DNA of 64,000 bases from an uncultured Gemmatimonadales bacterium (GCA_963816355.1 CAWFKH010000001.1:64001-128000); one strand, 5' to 3'. Positions 42,498 through 52,944 are shown, counted from the first letter of the stretch. The notes: generated by a model not told the origin, from the sequence alone. Numbers and translations: made by a program.

Positions 42498-43649
42498 ATG
42501 GTCCGGCTCGAGAGCCTGACCCGGCGCTTCGGCGAAACCACCGCCGTCGCGGACCTCTCGCTCACCGTCGAGCCGGGCGAGCTGCTCACGCTGCTCGGTC
42601 CCAGCGGCTGCGGCAAGACGACCACGCTGCGCATGATCGCCGGCTTCGAGACGCCCTCCGCCGGCCGCGTCCTGCTGCAGGGCCGCGACATCACCGCCGA
42701 ACCGCCGCGCCGCCGCGGCATCGGCATGGTCTTCCAGAATTACGCGCTCTTCCCCCACCTCGACGTCTTCGAGAACGTCGCTTTCGGCCTCCGCTCGCGC
42801 GGCACGCCGCCGCGCGACCTGCGCGAGAGGACCGAGCGGGCGCTCGAGCTGGTCGACCTGCGCGGCTACGGCGAGCGGCGCGTGCAGGCGCTCTCCGGCG
42901 GCCAGCAGCAGCGCGTCGCGCTCGCCCGCGCGCTCGCGCCCGAGCCGCCCGTCCTGCTGCTCGACGAGCCGCTCTCCAACCTCGACCCGACGCTGCGCGA
43001 ACGCACGCGCACCGAGCTCCGCTCGCTCCTCAAGCGCCTCGGCATCACCGCCATCTTCGTCACCCACGACCAGGACGAGGCGTTCGCCCTCGCCGACCGC
43101 GTCGCGCTTCTCGAGGCCGGACGGCTGCAGCAGATCGGCACCCCGGAACGGCTCTACCACGAACCCGCCAACGCGTTCGTCGCGAGCTTCCTCGGGCGTG
43201 CGAACTTCCTGCCGGGGACCGTCGTCGCCCTGGAAGACGACGGCGGCACCGCGGCGTGCGATGTGGGCGAGGGGATCGTCTGGAACGTCCCCGCGGGCGG
43301 GGTGCGGGTGGGGCAGCGCGTGCGCGTCATGGCGCGGCCGGAGGCGTTGGTGATCGGGAGCGCGGGCGGCGCGGGCGGCGGCGTGGCGGGGGAGGTGCTG
43401 GACCGCCGGTTCGCGGGAGCGCTGACGCAGTACCGCGTGGCGACGGCGGGGGGCGAGGTGCTGGTGTTCACGGACGGCGCGGCGGCGAGGGTGGGGGAGC
43501 GGGTCCGGCTGCGGCCGAAGGGCGCGGGGGCGGGGCTGCGGGCGTTCGCGGCGGAGGGCGCGGCGGAGGGCGTTGCGGAGGGGGCGGAGGAAGGCGCGGC
43601 GGAGGACGCGGCGGCGCCCCGGGGCGCGGGCGGCGGGGCGGGCGGGTGA
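42498..43649 (+). CDS. ABC transporter ATP-binding protein (PotA/FbpC-like)
   Basis: GPSGCGKTT, MVFQNYALFPH, LSGGQQQR, LLDEPLSNLD, VTHDQ; TOBE-like tail. Confidence 0.95.
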   Translation: MVRLESLTRRFGETTAVADLSLTVEPGELLTLLGPSGCGKTTTLRMIAGFETPSAGRVLLQGRDITAEPPRRRGIGMVFQNYALFPHLDVFENVAFGLRSRGTPPRDLRERTERALELVDLRGYGERRVQALSGGQQQRVALARALAPEPPVLLLDEPLSNLDPTLRERTRTELRSLLKRLGITAIFVTHDQDEAFALADRVALLEAGRLQQIGTPERLYHEPANAFVASFLGRANFLPGTVVALEDDGGTAACDVGEGIVWNVPAGGVRVGQRVRVMARPEALVIGSAGGAGGGVAGEVLDRRFAGALTQYRVATAGGEVLVFTDGAAARVGERVRLRPKGAGAGLRAFAAEGAAEGVAEGAEEGAAEDAAAPRGAGGGAGG

Positions 43650-45331
43650 GGGGGCGGCACACGCTCTGGCTGGCGGCGCCGGTGGTGCTGCTGCTGGCGT
43701 GGCTGGTCCTCTATCCGAACGTCTTCGTGCTCGGGGACAGCCTACACGTCGGGCGGCGCATCGGCGTGGACAATTACGCGCGCTTCTTCCACAGCTCGGC
43801 GGAGCTGCGGGCGTTGTGGAACAGCGTCTGGATCTCGGCGGCGAGCGTCGCTCTGGCGGGCGCGGTGGGCGTGCCGCTCGCCTTCCTCTTCCACCGCTTC
43901 GAGTTTCCCGGCCGACGCGTGCTCGGCGCGCTCGTCTCGCTGCCGGTGCTGCTGCCGCCGCTCGTCGGCGTCATCGCGTTCCTCTTCCTCTACGGCGAGA
44001 CCGGCTTCGTCACGCGCGGCATCCAGCTCCTGCTGGGGCTCCACGCGCCGCCGTGGCGGCTGAACGGGCCGGGCGCGATCCTGCTCGTGCACGCCTACAC
44101 GATGTACGTCTACTTCTACCTCTTCACGGCGGCGGGGCTGGCCCGGCTGGACGGGTCGCACGCCGAGGCGGCGGCCGCGCTCGGCGCCTCCCGCCTCACC
44201 ACGCTGCGCCGCGTCACGCTGCCGATGCTCGCGCCCGCGATCGGCGGCGCGGCGCTCCTCGTCTTCATGACGTCGATGGGCTCCTTCAGCGCGCCCTACA
44301 TCTTCGGCGGCGGCTTTCGCGTGCTCACCACGCAGATCTTCGCCAGCAAGCTGAACGGCGAGCTCGGCATGGCCGCGGTCGAGACGGTGCTCCTCGCGGC
44401 GACGTCGCTCCTCTTCCTCGCCGCGCTCCAGCGCTACGAGGCCGGCCGCGCCTACACGGGGAGCGCGAAGGGGACCACGGCCGCGTGGACCGGCGCCGCG
44501 GCCCGGGACGCCGGAGGGCGCGGCGAGGACGGCGGACGGCGGCTGAACGCGCCCTTCTTCGTCGCGCTCGGCGTCGTCGTCGTGCTGCTGCTGCCGCACG
44601 CGACGGTGCTGCTCGTCTCGTTCGTTCCCACCGGGACCTGGACGACGGAGCTGCTGCCCCCCTCCTACTCGCTGGTCAATTACCGGCACCTGTTCGGCGA
44701 CGCGTCGCTGCTCAGGCCGGTGCTCAACTCGCTGCAGATGGCGACGGTGGCGACCGCCGCGAACGTCGCGCTCGCGTTCGTCGCGGCGTACCTGATCGTG
44801 CGGCGGCGCTTCATGGGGCGGGGTCTGCTTTCGGCGCTCGTCGTGCTGCCGTGGGCGCTGCCGGGGACGGTGCTCGCCATCGCGCTTGCGACCACGTTCA
44901 GCGCGCACCAGCCGTGGGCGGGACGCTTCGTGCTCGTCGGCACGTTCGCGATCCTGCCGCTCGCCTACTTCATCCGCAACACGCCGCTGGTGACGCGCGC
45001 GGCGCTCGCCAGCTTCCGGCAGTTCGACCCGTCGCTCGAGGAGGCGGCCGCGTCGCTGGGAGCGGGCTGGGCCCGCACCATGCGACGCGTCGCGCTGCCG
45101 CTCGTGCTGCCCGGCCTGCTCGCCGGCGCGATGCTGGCCTTCGTCACCGCACTCGGCGAGTTCGTCGCGTCGATCCTCCTCTACACCTACCGCACCCGCC
45201 CGATCGCGATCGAGATCCTGTCGCAGCTCCGCGCCTTCGACTTCGGCACCGCCGCCGCGTACGGCGTGCTCCTGATCGTGCTGATGGCGATCGTCTTCAT
45301 CGCCGGCTCGGGCAGAGGAAGCGCGATTTGA
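43646..45331 (+). CDS. ABC transporter permease (FbpB-like, duplicated TM domain)
   Basis: GTGA overlap; two EAA loops (EAAAALGAS and EEAAASLGA). Confidence 0.92.
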   Translation: MRGRHTLWLAAPVVLLLAWLVLYPNVFVLGDSLHVGRRIGVDNYARFFHSSAELRALWNSVWISAASVALAGAVGVPLAFLFHRFEFPGRRVLGALVSLPVLLPPLVGVIAFLFLYGETGFVTRGIQLLLGLHAPPWRLNGPGAILLVHAYTMYVYFYLFTAAGLARLDGSHAEAAAALGASRLTTLRRVTLPMLAPAIGGAALLVFMTSMGSFSAPYIFGGGFRVLTTQIFASKLNGELGMAAVETVLLAATSLLFLAALQRYEAGRAYTGSAKGTTAAWTGAAARDAGGRGEDGGRRLNAPFFVALGVVVVLLLPHATVLLVSFVPTGTWTTELLPPSYSLVNYRHLFGDASLLRPVLNSLQMATVATAANVALAFVAAYLIVRRRFMGRGLLSALVVLPWALPGTVLAIALATTFSAHQPWAGRFVLVGTFAILPLAYFIRNTPLVTRAALASFRQFDPSLEEAAASLGAGWARTMRRVALPLVLPGLLAGAMLAFVTALGEFVASILLYTYRTRPIAIEILSQLRAFDFGTAAAYGVLLIVLMAIVFIAGSGRGSAI

Positions 45332-45473
45332 TCCGCGCTCGCGCCCCGGCGCTCCATCCGTTACTCTCGCCCGGTCCGCCGAGCGTGTGAGAGTGGCGCT
45401 CGCGCGGCCGGTGGGCGAGCCCGGTGAGCGGGCCGCGCCGCGTCGTCATCGATTTCCACGAAAGGGACCTTCC

Positions 45474-46682
45474 ATGCGGAGGAGCGTCGTTGCCGCGATC
45501 GCTGCGTCGCTGTGCGCCTTCGGACCGGCGGTGGCGCAGCGGCCGGGTGGCGGGCCGGGTGGGCGCGGGACGGTGGTCCAGCCGGGCGAGCCGTGCCCGC
45601 CGGGCACGACGGAGGTCCGGCCGCGTCGCTGCATGGCGCCGCAACTCGCGCCGCCGAGCATCCTCGACTACCGGCCGCGCTCCACGCTGGTCACCGCCGA
45701 ACACCTGGTGCCGCGGGCGAAATACGCGGCGATCGACTTCCACGGCCACCCCGGCGGCCTGATCCGTTCGGCGGCGGGGTTGGACAGCCTGGGCGCGGCG
45801 CTGGACCGGCTGAACGTCCGGCTGATGATCGCCGCGGACAACCTGTCGGGCGAGCGGCTGCGCGCCAGCCTCGCCGCGATCCGCGCCTCGCCGCGCATGC
45901 GGGACCGCGTGCGCGTCCTCGCCGGCATCGACTTCCGCGACGTCGGACCCGGCTGGGCGGAGAAGGCCGTGGCACAGCTCGATGCGGACGTGGCGGCGGG
46001 CGCCGTCGGCGTCGGCGAGATCCCGAAGAGCCTGGGACTGTCGATCCGCAAGGCGGACGGCACGCGCCTCCACATCGACGACCCGGACCTGGACCCGATC
46101 TGGGACGAGTGCGCCCGCCTCGGCGTGCCGGTCTTCATCCACACCGCGGATCCGCGTGAGTTCTTCGAGGCGCTCGACTACTCGAACGAGCGCTGGCTCG
46201 AGCTGTCCCTCTTCCCCGGCCGGCGCTATCCGCAGGACCGCTATCCGAGCTTCGAAGAGCTGATGAAGGAGCGCGACGCGCTCTTCCGCGCCCACCCGAA
46301 GACCACCTTCGTCGCGGCCCACATGGGATGGTACGCGAACGACCTCCAGCGCCTCGGCCGGCTGCTCGACGAGATGCCGAACGTCCACACCGAGATCGGC
46401 GCCGTGCTCTACGACATCGGCAGGCAGCCGCGCGCCGCGCACGACTTCTTCGTCCGCTACCAGGACCGCATCCTCTTCGGCAAGGACTCCTTCCAGCCCG
46501 AGGAGTACCCCTACTACTGGCGCGTGCTCGAGACCGCGGACGAGTACTTCGACTATTACCGACCTTACCACGCCTTCTGGAAGCTGTACGGCATCGATCT
46601 GCCGGATCCGGTACTGCGCAAGGTGTACTCCGAGAACGCCGAACGGATCACGCCGAAGCTGCCCCGCGAGGAACGGCGGTGA
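45474..46682 (+). CDS. Secreted amidohydrolase-family protein (Amidohydro_2)
   Basis: Signal peptide; IDFHGH, PVFIHTADP, FVAAHMG, QDRILFGKD. Confidence 0.88.
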   Translation: MRRSVVAAIAASLCAFGPAVAQRPGGGPGGRGTVVQPGEPCPPGTTEVRPRRCMAPQLAPPSILDYRPRSTLVTAEHLVPRAKYAAIDFHGHPGGLIRSAAGLDSLGAALDRLNVRLMIAADNLSGERLRASLAAIRASPRMRDRVRVLAGIDFRDVGPGWAEKAVAQLDADVAAGAVGVGEIPKSLGLSIRKADGTRLHIDDPDLDPIWDECARLGVPVFIHTADPREFFEALDYSNERWLELSLFPGRRYPQDRYPSFEELMKERDALFRAHPKTTFVAAHMGWYANDLQRLGRLLDEMPNVHTEIGAVLYDIGRQPRAAHDFFVRYQDRILFGKDSFQPEEYPYYWRVLETADEYFDYYRPYHAFWKLYGIDLPDPVLRKVYSENAERITPKLPREERR

Positions 46683-46728
46683 TGCGCCAGCGCACGGGCG
46701 CGCTCACGGAACTGCGGTGATGCGCCAG
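46670..46728. repeat. 21-bp direct repeat (one mismatch) spanning the amidohydrolase stop
   Basis: GGAACGGCGGTGATGCGCCAG (46670-46690) and GGAACTGCGGTGATGCGCCAG (46708-46728), 17 bp apart. Confidence 0.85.
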
Positions 46729-46905
46729 GGCGGCCAGATCGACGGCAACACGGTCACTTTCACCGACGGCAACGGCGTGTGCTCGTACAGCGGCACGGTG
46801 AGCGGCGACCCGGCGACGAGCGCGAGCGGCGACGTGTCGTGCCAGATCGCGGACGGCTCCGGTCAAACGTTCCTGCTGCCCGGCACCTGGCAGGCGACGC
46901 GCTGA
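46717..46905 (+). pseudogene. Probable 3' fragment of a beta-rich extracellular protein gene
   Basis: GQIDGNTVTF...CSYSGTV...SGDVSC...GTWQATR reads like the C-terminus of a small secreted beta protein; no signal peptide; begins inside the repeat. Confidence 0.5.
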
Positions 46906-46986
46906 CCGCTAACGGCGTTCGGGACGCGGAGGCGCCGCTCGGCCGGTTCCAGAGGTCGACGTCGCCGGCCGCCCTAGGCATTGCGC

Positions 46987-47991
46987 TCAGGGAAGCTGGA
47001 GCTCGGCGTAGACCTCCTGCTGCGTGACGATCAGGATACAGGTAGCCGGCGCCGAGCTGTCGACGACCGAGCCGCCGATCCCCGCCTGGAGGCACACGCC
47101 GAGACGAGCACCCGCGCCGACCGCGATGTCCTGCGGGTCCCCGGAATTCAGTGGATGGCTCAGCTCGTGGACGCCGGAACTCGACGTGAGCGTGACCGCT
47201 GCGTTGCCGTTCGCCACGTTGTCGTGGACGTAGTTGCCGCCGTCGAAGACCTGGTCCGAGAACCCGAACGACCCGCCGGCGATGAGGTCATCCCCGTCCA
47301 GCGCCAGATCGAGGCTATTGTCGAACCGCACACCGACGCCGTCCACCGAGTCCGGGTAGGTGACGAGAACGTAGAGGTTCGTCGCGTCGGCCATGAATCG
47401 CACCGTCGACCCGGTCAGCGTAGGTCCGCCGAAGACAGCGTACTCCTCCGCCGCATCCCACTCCCCCGGCGAAGCCACGCCGTCGATCGTCGGCGTGCCG
47501 GACGCCGCCACCCAGACGATGCGAACGCGCGAGGCGAATGGCGTCCCGGCAATCGTCGTCCCGTTCAGTTTGGCGATCAGCGTGTCGAAGCCGATTTTCG
47601 CGGGCGTGTACGACAGCGTGTGCGACCCGTCTCCGTTGTCGACTCCACCGGTGACCGTCCCCGGGTTCGTGCCCCGGATCTCCAGCTCGAGCCCCGGCAG
47701 CGGTCCGAGGAACGGCTGACCCTCCGTGTCCCGGGCATTCACCACGACGTCGGTCGGTTGCCCGGGCTCGCCAGCGGCCGCGGAAGCCACCAGGCTCGCT
47801 GGATCCAGCGTCTGTTCGGCGGGACCCGTGCCGCCGTCGCCGCCGCCACAACCGGCGGCGACGGCGACCAGCGCAAGCAGGCACAAGGGGCGCCGGAACG
47901 GAAGCAGCGTCGGCCCGTCCACCGGTCCCGGAGCGTCTCCGGTGGTCGGGGTCTTCCGGAGCGGACATGCGGCGGCGGATCGGACGTCCAT
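46987..47991 (-). CDS. Lipoprotein with filamin/Ig-like and CBM9/DOMON-like domains
   Basis: Lipobox AAGC; VDNGDGSHTLSYTP; PTIDGVASPGEW...NLYVLV; lower GC; alternative start GTG 47922. Confidence 0.75.
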   Translation of the reverse strand: MDVRSAAACPLRKTPTTGDAPGPVDGPTLLPFRRPLCLLALVAVAAGCGGGDGGTGPAEQTLDPASLVASAAAGEPGQPTDVVVNARDTEGQPFLGPLPGLELEIRGTNPGTVTGGVDNGDGSHTLSYTPAKIGFDTLIAKLNGTTIAGTPFASRVRIVWVAASGTPTIDGVASPGEWDAAEEYAVFGGPTLTGSTVRFMADATNLYVLVTYPDSVDGVGVRFDNSLDLALDGDDLIAGGSFGFSDQVFDGGNYVHDNVANGNAAVTLTSSSGVHELSHPLNSGDPQDIAVGAGARLGVCLQAGIGGSVVDSSAPATCILIVTQQEVYAELQLP

Positions 47992-48021
47992 TGATCCCTC
48001 GCTTTCGGATGGCCCCGCGAC

Positions 48022-49395
48022 CTAGTGGTGGCCGTGCCCACCGCTCGGCTTCGCGGGGCGCACGGGCTTGTTGCCGCCGTTCCCGCCGCGGGGATGCGCG
48101 GTGCGGGCGGTCGAGCCGCTGGAGGAGCCGGAAGAGGCGTCGCCATCGCGACCCGGCCCGACGTAGCCCTTCGTCGTCGCGCGCCCGTCGGACCCACCCT
48201 TCGGATGCGCAACGCCGCGCACGGTGGTGCCGTCGCGGCGCGTGTAGCCCTCCCCCTCCACGGCGCGGCCGTTCCGGTCGCTCGCGCGATCGACCACGAT
48301 CACGCGGCCGGATTGCCACGGCGCCCAGCCGTAGCCGTTGCCGCCGTAGCCATAGCCGTACGGAGCGTACGGGCTGTAGCGGCACCCGCCCGCATGACCG
48401 TAAGGCGCATAGCCGTAGTAGACGGGATAGACGGGATAGCCGTAGTAGCCGGGATAGCCGGAGTAGGCGTCGAAGCCGAAGTAATCGCAGTCGTCTCGAG
48501 TGTAGCCACGGCGGCGGCGCCCGTAGTCACCGCGATCGCGCCCGGCCACTGCGCCGCGGGTGCCGCGCACGATCGTGCCGTTGCTCGCGTCGACGTCGAA
48601 GCGGTCCGGGTTCGACAGCGCGATCATCATGTCGGTGACGCTGCCGGGGACGCCTGCGTCGGCGAGGCGGACGAGGGCGTCGCCGTCCAGGTCGAAGCCG
48701 GCGTGGCGCTCGGCGATGAGGACCTGCACCAATTCGGGGGAGACCCGCGTCGTCGCTTCCTCGACGTCGCTCACCGAGAGCGGCGCGGTCGCCGCGGTAC
48801 GCGCGATCCTGGCGTTGGCGGCGGGGGCCTCGACGCGCGCGGCCGCCAGCGTCGTGGGATCGGCCGGAAAGTAATGGCGAACGCGCACGAGAGGCTGGCC
48901 GTCGACCTCGATCGCCTGCGCGTCGAGCCACTCGTCGCCCGGCAGCATGGCGTAAATGCCGGAGACGTCGGTGGCGCTGCCGCCGCTGCACCGGAGCGAC
49001 GAGTGCAGGAACAGGCGCGCCCCGTCGTCCGACCAGCGCGCCGTGCCCGTGCCGGTGCAGCCGTCCTGCTCCACGGGGTGCGACGTGCCGTCGGCGACGA
49101 TCGTGCGCTCGGAGACCTTGCGCTCACCGCGGTACTCGGCGATGCGCACGCCCGCCTCCCCCGCCCGGATGCAGACGAGCGAAGCCTCCCCACCCGGAGC
49201 GCCCGCGGCCTCCTCCCCTTGCCAGCAGCCGACCCACGGCGCCCATTGCGCGTCCGGCGCCGTCTGGAGCGGCGAAGCGGCGGCGTGCACGACGGCGGGC
49301 GCCGCGCCTATCATCAACGCCGCGGCCACGAGCGCGGAGAAGGCACAGGCCGTCGCCCGCCGGAGCGACATCGGATTCCTTTGAAGACCCAGCAT
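48022..49395 (-). CDS. Secreted hypothetical protein with Tyr/Gly-rich low-complexity C-terminus
   Basis: AAGGAGG RBS before ATG 49395; signal peptide; WAPWVGCW domain; YGY/YPGY repeats. Confidence 0.82.
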   Translation of the reverse strand: MLGLQRNPMSLRRATACAFSALVAAALMIGAAPAVVHAAASPLQTAPDAQWAPWVGCWQGEEAAGAPGGEASLVCIRAGEAGVRIAEYRGERKVSERTIVADGTSHPVEQDGCTGTGTARWSDDGARLFLHSSLRCSGGSATDVSGIYAMLPGDEWLDAQAIEVDGQPLVRVRHYFPADPTTLAAARVEAPAANARIARTAATAPLSVSDVEEATTRVSPELVQVLIAERHAGFDLDGDALVRLADAGVPGSVTDMMIALSNPDRFDVDASNGTIVRGTRGAVAGRDRGDYGRRRRGYTRDDCDYFGFDAYSGYPGYYGYPVYPVYYGYAPYGHAGGCRYSPYAPYGYGYGGNGYGWAPWQSGRVIVVDRASDRNGRAVEGEGYTRRDGTTVRGVAHPKGGSDGRATTKGYVGPGRDGDASSGSSSGSTARTAHPRGGNGGNKPVRPAKPSGGHGHH

Positions 49396-49412
49396 GGTGA
49401 TCCTCCTTTCGC

Positions 49413-50285
49413 TCAGAAGCGGACGGCGAGGCCGACCGTCGTCTGCAGACCGTTCATGTCGATGCGGTCGAGGTCGGCGAAATCGGCGTTCATGTTGGCG
49501 CTCGACAAAATGTAGCGGGCCTCGCCGGTGAGGGCGAGGCTGGGGGTTATGCCGACGTCGACGCCGGCGAAGAAGGCGCCCATCGGCCCGACGCCGCTCG
49601 ATAGGAGGCGGCTGGAGAAGATCGACAGGTCCGTGTAGTCGACGAAGTCGCCGCGCTGCTGGAAGCGGTACCACAGCAGCCCGACGCCGGCGCCCACGTA
49701 CGGCGCGACGCGCGACGGCACCCACGCCAGGCGGCCGATCGAGCGGCCGGTGGGCACGAGGTACGCCTTGATGCCCGCGGTGACGGGTACGCTCGTGAGC
49801 GTCGTCGTCTGCCGGATGGGGAGGTTGTTCTGGTCCTCGTACAGGCGGTCCTCCGAAGGCACGCTCGTGCGCGAGACACCGGCGCCGAGCACCGCCTCGA
49901 AGCGGGGGCTCAGCCGGAACGACACGTCCAGCTCACCGGTGATCGCGTTGAAGTCGTGGCGGTCCACCGTAAGGTGCTGCGTCGTGAAGTCGAAGACGCC
50001 GCCGGTCGCACGCGGGAACGTCATGCCGCCGCGCAGCGCGACCGCGCCCTTCGGATGGCCGAACAGGAAGCCCTGCGCGGCGAGCGGCAGCGGCGAGAGC
50101 GCGGCGAGCGTGAGCGTCAGCGCCGTCGCCAGCAGGAGTGACAGCGCCCCGAGCGGTGCGGCGCCGCCGACGTGCGCCGCGCGACACGCCCCGCACCGAG
50201 CCGACCCTTCGTTCCGTTCGGGCGGACGACGAGGCTCGGCCGCGGCCGGGAAGGCGACGCGGCGTGCGAAGCGCGGCGTGATCAT
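49413..50285 (-). CDS. Outer-membrane beta-barrel protein (OmpA/OmpW-like)
   Basis: Signal peptide ending AA-Q; APYVGAGVG, LTGEARY; terminal Phe (GLAVRF); GGAGG before GTG 50285. Confidence 0.85.
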   Translation of the reverse strand: MITPRFARRVAFPAAAEPRRPPERNEGSARCGACRAAHVGGAAPLGALSLLLATALTLTLAALSPLPLAAQGFLFGHPKGAVALRGGMTFPRATGGVFDFTTQHLTVDRHDFNAITGELDVSFRLSPRFEAVLGAGVSRTSVPSEDRLYEDQNNLPIRQTTTLTSVPVTAGIKAYLVPTGRSIGRLAWVPSRVAPYVGAGVGLLWYRFQQRGDFVDYTDLSIFSSRLLSSGVGPMGAFFAGVDVGITPSLALTGEARYILSSANMNADFADLDRIDMNGLQTTVGLAVRF

Positions 50286-50340
50286 GCGGACCTCCGGTGG
50301 GAGACGTACGCGGCCAGGTGTGGAAGGTGCGGCGAAGCCG

Positions 50341-50392
50341 CGTTATGCTATATACGATAGGACCATGTCATACGTTCCACCAATGTTACGAC
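50341..50392. promoter_or_regulatory. AT-rich divergent promoter region
   Basis: Short AT-rich island between divergent genes, with TAGCAT (minus strand) and TACGAT (plus strand) hexamers. Confidence 0.45.
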
Positions 50393-50400
50393 GCAGCCGG

Positions 50401-50715
50401 ATGGATAAGATGCCCGCCAATCCGAGAACCGAAAGTCTGAGGCGCATGGTCGCGCGCGATCCCGCCGATCCGCGCCCGCACTTCGGCCTCGCCGCGGAGC
50501 ACGAGAAGGCGGGGGAATGGGAGAGCGTCGTCGCCGAGCTCCACGCCTATCTCGACCTCGCCGAGGACCAGGGCAACGCGTGGGGCCGCCTCGGCCGCGC
50601 GCTGCGGCGCCTCGGCCGCGAAGAGGAGGCGCGCGCCGCGTTTCGGCGCGGCGTCGAGCAGGCGCGCGCCCACGGCCACCCGAGCATGGCGCTGGAACTC
50701 GAGGAGGAGGCCTAG
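50401..50715 (+). CDS. Small tetratricopeptide-repeat protein
   Basis: DPADPRPHFGLAAEH...AWGRLGRAL...GREEEARAAFRRG TPR pattern; start 50401 or 50410. Confidence 0.82.
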   Translation: MDKMPANPRTESLRRMVARDPADPRPHFGLAAEHEKAGEWESVVAELHAYLDLAEDQGNAWGRLGRALRRLGREEEARAAFRRGVEQARAHGHPSMALELEEEA

Positions 50716-50720
50716 CAGAC

Positions 50721-51635
<915 letters not shown>

Positions 51636-51908
51636 GCGACACTCCTTCCGGTTACGTACACGTCGAGTGGAGCATCGCCGCAGACGCCGGGCCAGCGCCT
51701 TCGCCCGCAGGCGGACCGACGCGGGCGTCGGCGCGCGGGTGATCCCCGACGCGCCGTTCCCCTCGCTCCGACGCGGCCGCGATCTCGCCCATCACCTCGC
51801 CGACCTGCTCGATGCCGGAGCGCTTGGTCCAGAGCGGCAGGCGGAGCGGGCGGCGCGGCCGGTCGGAGGGCGCTGGACGCGCACTCCGCCGCGGGCGATC
51901 TTATGCGG

Positions 51909-52136
51909 ATGACGCCCGGTGCTCGCCACCTCCGCAAACGCAACCCCGCCCGCGTGACGCCGCCGCTCGCCACCGCGTTTCTGTGCGCCGTGTTTCTTTC
52001 ACTGCCCCTTGGCGCCTGCAAGCGCGGCGGCTCCGCCGGGGGCGACGGCGCAGCCGCCGACTCGACGCGCCGTCCGCACGCGCCGCCGGGCGTCGTCGAT
52101 GACCTCGTTCCGGTGGATACGAGCGTTGGCCACTGA
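51909..52136 (+). CDS. Small hypothetical lipoprotein
   Basis: Basic N-terminus, hydrophobic stretch, lipobox LGAC; short disordered tail. Confidence 0.45.
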   Translation: MTPGARHLRKRNPARVTPPLATAFLCAVFLSLPLGACKRGGSAGGDGAAADSTRRPHAPPGVVDDLVPVDTSVGH

Positions 52137-52944
52137 GCGGCAGGCCGCGCGAGGCCGAGCCCCGAGGCCGTCCCCGCCGGCCCGGGCCACACTGCGGCTG
52201 AGCCTCGCCGGCATCGTCGGCACCGTCGTCGCGATCACGGTCGCGGCCCTATGCGTTCGGCTCGGCATATGGCAGCTCCACCGGCTGGCGGAGCGGAAGA
52301 CGGCGAATGCGGCGGTCGCGGCGCGCATATCGGCTCCTCCGCTGCGGCTGACGCGGCCGTCGTCGGACACCGTCGGGCTGCTCTTCCGCCGCGTCGCCCT
52401 GCGGGGTGAATACGACGCGGCGCACTCCATGGTGCTCGCAGGTCGCAGCTTCGAGGGCGCGCCGGGGGTGGATCTGGTGACGCCGCTGCGCGTCGGTTCC
52501 GGGGCGGTGCTGGTGGACCGGGGATGGCTGCCGTCGCCGGACGCGGCGACCGTCGACCTCTCGCCTTACGACACGACCGGCACGGTCGAGGTGACGGGGA
52601 TCGTGCTGCCTCTGGGCGGACGCGGGGACGGCAAGGATTTCGCGGGCCCCCCCGACGCGGCGGGCTTCCGCCGGGTCTGGTACGCGGCCGACGAGGCGAT
52701 GCTGCGGCAGTTGCCGTACGCGACGCCCGCCGTCTACGTGCGCGCGACCCCGGAGGGCGAAGCGCCGCTGCGGCCGAGACTCGCGCCGAGCGAGCTGCCC
52801 GCGCGACGCCCGCCGCCGGAGCTGTCGAACGGCCCCCACCTGAACTACGCGATCCAGTGGTTCAGCTTCGCCGCGATCGCGCTCGTCGGCTGGGCCGTCG
52901 TGGTGCGGCGCGGCGGCGTCCACCGCCGCGCCGACCGGGAGTGA
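52099..52944 (+). CDS. SURF1-family protein
   Basis: LGIWQLHRLAE, FRRVALRGEY, VTPL, VLVDRGWLP, HLNYAIQWFSFA; start uncertain (52099 or 52126). Confidence 0.9.
   Translation: MTSFRWIRALATERQAARGRAPRPSPPARATLRLSLAGIVGTVVAITVAALCVRLGIWQLHRLAERKTANAAVAARISAPPLRLTRPSSDTVGLLFRRVALRGEYDAAHSMVLAGRSFEGAPGVDLVTPLRVGSGAVLVDRGWLPSPDAATVDLSPYDTTGTVEVTGIVLPLGGRGDGKDFAGPPDAAGFRRVWYAADEAMLRQLPYATPAVYVRATPEGEAPLRPRLAPSELPARRPPPELSNGPHLNYAIQWFSFAAIALVGWAVVVRRGGVHRRADRE

Noticed and set aside
51638..51665. HxlR/QorR-type operator upstream of the quinone oxidoreductase
   Set aside because: Palindrome too degenerate, overlaps the RBS, and no cognate regulator is adjacent.
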